IMG/VR virus record: IMGVR_UViG_3300020021_000010
Location: 1-59,410 of that record
Strand: one strand, 5' to 3'
From: a virus
Lineage: Duplodnaviria; Caudoviricetes
Length of the DNA stretch: 59,410 nt
Both the position numbers and the translations under genes were made by a program. Positions 55,059 to 59,410 of the stretch are shown here, piece by piece. Below the pieces are notes generated by a model. That model searched no databases. It was not told where the DNA came from and saw only the letters and a program-made list of their open reading frames with translations. Each line of letters starts with the position of its first letter. The first letter of the stretch is position 1.

Positions 55059-55343
55059 ATGTCGGATGTCGATGGGGAGATCGGGAAAGCAGCACCAGAC
55101 ATGCCGGCACTGCGCATGGCGCTTGAGCGTGTACTGCCAGCATGTCCGGCCTGCGGTGAGAGGAACTGGTCGCTGCCTGAGGGGACCAATTGGGTCGCTG
55201 GACTTTCTGACGCTGCCGGTGACGTAGACCTCGCGATGGGCTTTGAGGTGGTCGCGGCAATCTGCGAATCCTGCGGATATGTTTCGCTACACCACGCCGG
55301 GAAACTGCTTACTGGTGCCAACCCTGCATCCGATGGCACATGA
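55059..55343 (+). CDS. Zinc-ribbon protein (moron)
   Basis: CPACG...W...CESCGY; TATGCT 7 nt before ATG. Confidence 0.7.
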   Translation: MSDVDGEIGKAAPDMPALRMALERVLPACPACGERNWSLPEGTNWVAGLSDAAGDVDLAMGFEVVAAICESCGYVSLHHAGKLLTGANPASDGT

Positions 55344-55732
55344 CCGCCGCTGAGCCACCGGGACCCGATTCCTCGAAGCATTGGTACCAGCGAGCGTCAT
55401 CGCGCATCCTCATCGTTCTGGTACTCGCCGTGCTGGTCGTGGCCTGGCGTGCGGGCACCTTTGACCACGCCCTCGTCAACGTCGGCCTAAACGCAAAGCC
55501 CTGCGCTCGCAACGGGTTCGGTGCCACGTTCTGTGGCCAGGAACTAGCCGAAGCCCAGGAACGCCAAGCGCAGTCCGCCAAAGAAAGCGAAGCCTCAGTC
55601 GTAAAGGGCGAAGAAGAGGGCGCAAGGATCAAGCGCGAAGGCGAAGAAACGGATGCAAAGCTCCAACGCGAAAGCGAAGAAGCTCAGCGGCAAATCGGCG
55701 AGCCCGAAACGCCAGCGGAAGTCTCAGGATGA
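55340..55732 (+). CDS. Single-TM protein with acidic coiled tail (moron)
   Basis: ILIVLVLAVLVVAW TM; C.RNGFGATFCG; ATGA-coupled. Confidence 0.65.
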   Translation: MTAAEPPGPDSSKHWYQRASSRILIVLVLAVLVVAWRAGTFDHALVNVGLNAKPCARNGFGATFCGQELAEAQERQAQSAKESEASVVKGEEEGARIKREGEETDAKLQRESEEAQRQIGEPETPAEVSG

Positions 55733-55768
55733 GGCGGCTCGGAACGTGGCACCGAACCCGTTGCGAGC
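55505..55768. repeat. Perfect 27-bp inverted repeat (55505-55531 / 55742-55768), 210-bp spacer
   Basis: gctcgcaacgggttcggtgccacgttc vs gaacgtggcaccgaacccgttgcgagc. Confidence 0.95.
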
Positions 55769-56205
55769 TCGCGCTTGCCGCGACGGCCGATGCCCGTCCG
55801 AGGGCAGTCTTCTGCGGCCAAGAACGCGTCGAACGTAGACGGACCTCCAGCGAAAGCGAGGAAGCTCGCTACGGTCGCATCTTCATCACGATCACAACAG
55901 GGGCCATGAGCGCCATCTACCGCGAGAGCCCTCGCAACTGGACGTCTCGACGAGAGGCCACCTGTGAGCTGGCTGACCTAGTCGCAGGCGAGGCCGTGAG
56001 CTATCAGCTCGACGACATCAACACCTTCAGCCCCGGGTTTGTTGGGATGGGGGCAAAATGGTACGTCGGGCGTTATCACTGCATATCCGAAGCGGCACCA
56101 GAGCCGCCGGGTTTCGACCGCGGCGAAGTCGAGACCTGCTCACACAGGGGCCACTACGCCAACAGTGTCAGATTCTGGAGCCTGGAAACCGGCGAAACCC
56201 TTTAG
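55729..56205 (+). CDS. Hypothetical moron protein with scrambled N-terminus
   Basis: ATGA-coupled; Cys-containing C-terminal part; 5' end built from pieces of the upstream gene. Confidence 0.45.
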   Translation: MRRLGTWHRTRCELALAATADARPRAVFCGQERVERRRTSSESEEARYGRIFITITTGAMSAIYRESPRNWTSRREATCELADLVAGEAVSYQLDDINTFSPGFVGMGAKWYVGRYHCISEAAPEPPGFDRGEVETCSHRGHYANSVRFWSLETGETL

Positions 56206-56266
56206 GGCGAAGCCTGAAGAGCATTTCACAGGCGCCCTCGTGCCACGTCGCACGAGTGCTAATTCG

Positions 56267-56974
56267 TCAGCGCGATAGCGTAGATACCCAGACGTTCACG
56301 GTATTTGCGCCGTCCCCGTTGTTCACCTTGAGCTTTTCGCCCGGAGGAACGACCACGGCCAGGTTTGCTTCGGTCCCTGCCACCGACATTGACAAGGTGC
56401 CCGAGACGTTCACGCCTCCGACTTCTATAACGGGGAAGTTTTCGGTACCGACTCCGACCACTTTCACGCTGACCAGCGTCTCGCGCGACGCGGAGTATTC
56501 GCCGGATTCGTAGGTTTTGACGGCAGCTGCGACTTTGCTTACTGCCGTGTATTGATGTTCCCGCTGCGGCTCCCCAGCGACGATGAGCCAGTTGGCGGTG
56601 CCATCCGCCTGGAGAATGACGTGCTGCCACGGCAGTAGCTTGATCGTGGCGGCAGCATGGATGAAGTCTCCGTAGATCGTTCCGCCGTGGGTGCTGGCGT
56701 TGACCGTGACTTCTTTCGCAGCTTCGGTGCAGTAGGCGGCGATCCGCGCATTTATCGTCGGTGCGGGGAGTGTCAGGGTGCCCGGTTCGGTGACCATTAC
56801 GTAGGCGGAGCCGTTGACGCCTTCCGTGCTGCCTTTCTGTACCACGATGCCCAGCAGCAGTTTGTCGACATCTTCCCCGAGCGAAGCAAACCCCGTGCCG
56901 ATTTCGTGCCCAGGGTTTTTGCCGGTTAGCATCCGTAGCGCGAAGTTTTTGCTTGTCGCGTAGTTCAATGCCAT
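56267..56974 (-). CDS. Putative tail fibre protein
   Basis: After baseplate genes; TLTLPAP and L.ADG..NW.I fibre-like motifs; start MALNYATS. Confidence 0.6.
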   Translation of the reverse strand: MALNYATSKNFALRMLTGKNPGHEIGTGFASLGEDVDKLLLGIVVQKGSTEGVNGSAYVMVTEPGTLTLPAPTINARIAAYCTEAAKEVTVNASTHGGTIYGDFIHAAATIKLLPWQHVILQADGTANWLIVAGEPQREHQYTAVSKVAAAVKTYESGEYSASRETLVSVKVVGVGTENFPVIEVGGVNVSGTLSMSVAGTEANLAVVVPPGEKLKVNNGDGANTVNVWVSTLSR

Positions 56975-57789
56975 CAGGTCACCTCCGCTAAGGTCAGTGT
57001 TTCGATTTCGCCCGCGATGTTTTCGATCAGGCGCGCGAACTCGTCGATGTACGGGTCGGTCTGCAACGGTTCTTCGGTCAGCACATATTCGGGCACAAGT
57101 CCTGCCGGCTTGACGCCTTTGACGTTCGCGTCGAGCCGCCCTATGCTTCCTTCGGGGGTCAACTGCTGCGGATGAACGAGTACCGTGAAGTAGTACGGGT
57201 TGGATTCCCCGTTGGCCTTCTCGCGCGGCAGGGGTTCGTACTGGGTGGCGATGTTCACGAGCGTCAGGTGCGCGGTCGTGAACGATGGCCCGGACGTGAA
57301 GTTTGACGTGGCTTCGTAGCACAGCAGCCCCTCGGGGGATTCGTGCCGCACAAGTTGCCCGGCCGTGAACGCAGTGTTCGGCGCCCAAAACCGCGAGATG
57401 GCTCGTTCGATAGCGGCCTTGACCGACGCTTCGGTGCCGCGTTCCAGTCCGCTCTCGGCTTTCACCAACGCGCGGGCTTCCGCTTCGGACGCACCGATCG
57501 GGATCTGGACCCCGACGAACATTCCGAGATATGGGAGGTACTGCGCCGGGCACAGGCGGGGGTCGAAGATCCGGCCGTATCCAGGTATGTATCCGGGCTC
57601 CCCGTCGAAGCCCTCGTCTTCGGCGACTTCCATCACCGGCTGTGCCATCGCGCCGACGGCCTGGCACAGTAGCGCGAGGTCCGGGGTCATCCACGGAGCC
57701 AGTTTCTCTTCCAGGCGTTTACCAACTATGTCCGCTTCTACCGGCTCTAAGGCTTCCCGATCTTCATCCAGCAGTAGTAGGAGGGTCAT
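56974..57789 (-). CDS. Baseplate protein (P2 gpI-like)
   Basis: DP..CP..YLPYL.MFVG, RGT, KPAGL. Confidence 0.75.
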   Translation of the reverse strand: MTLLLLLDEDREALEPVEADIVGKRLEEKLAPWMTPDLALLCQAVGAMAQPVMEVAEDEGFDGEPGYIPGYGRIFDPRLCPAQYLPYLGMFVGVQIPIGASEAEARALVKAESGLERGTEASVKAAIERAISRFWAPNTAFTAGQLVRHESPEGLLCYEATSNFTSGPSFTTAHLTLVNIATQYEPLPREKANGESNPYYFTVLVHPQQLTPEGSIGRLDANVKGVKPAGLVPEYVLTEEPLQTDPYIDEFARLIENIAGEIETLTLAEVT

Positions 57790-57797
57790 CGAGGCCC

Positions 57798-58424
57798 CTA
57801 GAGCGTCAGGCCGTATAGCAGCTCGTAGGTCCAGGATGAGGAGTTGCTGTGAGTGACCGAGAGGATGAACTCTCTCGGTATGAACAGGTTCGCCGTCTGC
57901 GCGTATACCTTGGGCACCGTTGTGACAGCGCCTTCTTCGGCGGCATTCGTCAAGCCGGGGCCGGCCTCAAACCAGTGGATGTTCCCTTCTTCGGTCGGCG
58001 TGATCGGCACGAACCGCGCGAGGGCGCCGTTGTTCGCACCTATCGAGACCTGCAATGTCCCGGTGCCTACGGGACCAGTCTCCACGAGACGGATGAATAG
58101 CTTGCTGAAGTTGTAGTTGATCTGCACCGGGCTGCTCGCAGATCCCGTCCGCGCTTCCGACGCGAGCGCCACCTCGTCATACTGGTTGTTCCGCTGCCGA
58201 TCGATGGTGCCGAATTGGTTGAGCAATCCATTCGTGACAAGCGCGGTTTCGTTGGCTGCCGCGCCATCTTCGTCGGCAGCCGTCTGCGGCTGCCATCCGG
58301 CGCCGTCCCAGACCATTACTCCACCGGCCTCTATCGCCTGTCCCGGGTACGGGTGGCCGCCTGGCTGGACTTTGGACGCAATCGTTTCTTCTTCGCCTTT
58401 AGCGTTCACGCGTGTTGAACCCAT
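57798..58424 (-). CDS. Hypothetical virion protein
   Basis: AAGGAG RBS; lies between J-like and I-like genes. Confidence 0.55.
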   Translation of the reverse strand: MGSTRVNAKGEEETIASKVQPGGHPYPGQAIEAGGVMVWDGAGWQPQTAADEDGAAANETALVTNGLLNQFGTIDRQRNNQYDEVALASEARTGSASSPVQINYNFSKLFIRLVETGPVGTGTLQVSIGANNGALARFVPITPTEEGNIHWFEAGPGLTNAAEEGAVTTVPKVYAQTANLFIPREFILSVTHSNSSSWTYELLYGLTL

Positions 58425-58443
58425 GCCCAACTCCTTACGTCAG

Positions 58444-59410
58444 TTATCCCGAGGACCCTACGATGGTTCCAGATGTCGCTTCGGGCAATGTCACAATTCC
58501 CGATAACGTGATATCGGCCGTACCCGTAGGCGTGGCGCTAGTTCCCATTTTAAGTCCGGTCGAACCCGCGAAGCAATAAGCCACCCCCGGCGTGCTCTCG
58601 ATCGCCTTGAGCACGAGGTTGTACCGGACGATCTTTTCGTTGGCCCACTGCCGCGGGCCAGTCGTGGACGCCGTTGGGTTGCCCCACCACTTCTTGCTAA
58701 TCAAGGTTTCGACGGAAGCCTTGACGCTAGCTACGACCGATTCGGGAGCATAGCCTTCTTCTACATGGATCTTGAAGGTGACATAGATTTTCTCATAGGC
58801 TGGCGCTTCGACGGGTGCTATAAAGTTCAGCGCAAGGAATTTGGCGACCCACGCTTGAAGAGCTTCCATATCTGGCCCACTGAGAGCGCTGCCTTCCGGG
58901 TCGGTAACCCACGTCGTGCAGCAGTTCGGTACGCCTTCTTCTTTCGTTTCGGCGTTGTACAGGTCGATGGCAGTTGCACGACCGACGACGATGCCGGCGG
59001 GCAAGATCGAGGACGGGACCCCGAGCAGGAACGGAGCGAAGTCGGCGGCGTTGACTGGGCGGGGTGCCTGAAGCTGGAGCTGCGCGGCGAGACGAATGAG
59101 GTATGCCGCGTCTTCTTCCTGCTCCGCCCCCCCGGTGGTTTCGCCGATCAGTTCGACGGCGGTTACCCAGTCGTATGGGTTAACTTGGAGCGCGACCCCT
59201 TCGACTTTGTTGTATTCCGTGCCGCGCGCGAGAGCTACTACCTGGAGTTCGACGCTCGTCGCTTTGGCTGGGACTTCAGTCGCGTTTTCGACGTAGAAGC
59301 CGAGTCCGCCGGCTTCTATCTGCGTGCCCGCTTCGATCGTGCGGACACCTTCGGCGGGGACCATCGTCCATGTTGTCTTGGCGGTCGCCGATGCCCCTTC
59401 GTTGTATGGG
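58444..59410 (-). CDS. Baseplate J-like protein, C-terminal part
   Basis: I.AGT, V.A..RG..YN, GGA..E.D..Y..RL, P...DF motifs; frame continues across the junction to ATG at 250. Confidence 0.88.
   Translation of the reverse strand, partial: PYNEGASATAKTTWTMVPAEGVRTIEAGTQIEAGGLGFYVENATEVPAKATSVELQVVALARGTEYNKVEGVALQVNPYDWVTAVELIGETTGGAEQEEDAAYLIRLAAQLQLQAPRPVNAADFAPFLLGVPSSILPAGIVVGRATAIDLYNAETKEEGVPNCCTTWVTDPEGSALSGPDMEALQAWVAKFLALNFIAPVEAPAYEKIYVTFKIHVEEGYAPESVVASVKASVETLISKKWWGNPTASTTGPRQWANEKIVRYNLVLKAIESTPGVAYCFAGSTGLKMGTSATPTGTADITLSGIVTLPEATSGTIVGSSG

Overview
The window is an apparently complete, circularly permuted genome (~59.4 kb, GC-rich) of a contractile-tailed dsDNA phage. The last 8 nt repeat the first 8 nt, and joining the ends restores one in-frame baseplate J gene. 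Almost all genes are on the minus strand. They comprise tail/baseplate genes (with a -1 frameshift tail chaperone), a head module with two HK97-fold capsid paralogues, portal/terminase/HNH, and an early region (RtcB RNA ligase + HD hydrolase, PAPS-reductase-family protein, Dam-type methylase, replication initiator, Rad52-like annealase, resolvase, Cro-like HTH). There is also a tyrosine recombinase, a lysis cassette and two small moron cassettes. The most unusual part is 43.6-49.4 kb. It holds two convergent atypical tRNA genes that both carry a UUC anticodon: one has a perfect 20-nt antisense copy of its own anticodon arm in its 3' trailer, the other has a UUCG-capped hairpin inserted in its D-loop. 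Both sit in a dense stem-loop cluster beside the recombinase. Next to them is a precisely delimited 4.3-kb IS1-family transposon (18-bp perfect IRs, 8-bp TSD) carrying toxin-antitoxin-like cargo, inserted into an RlpA-like gene. An actinobacterial-type host is inferred only from GC content and leaderless promoters. All product calls come from motif recognition and synteny; no database searches were run.
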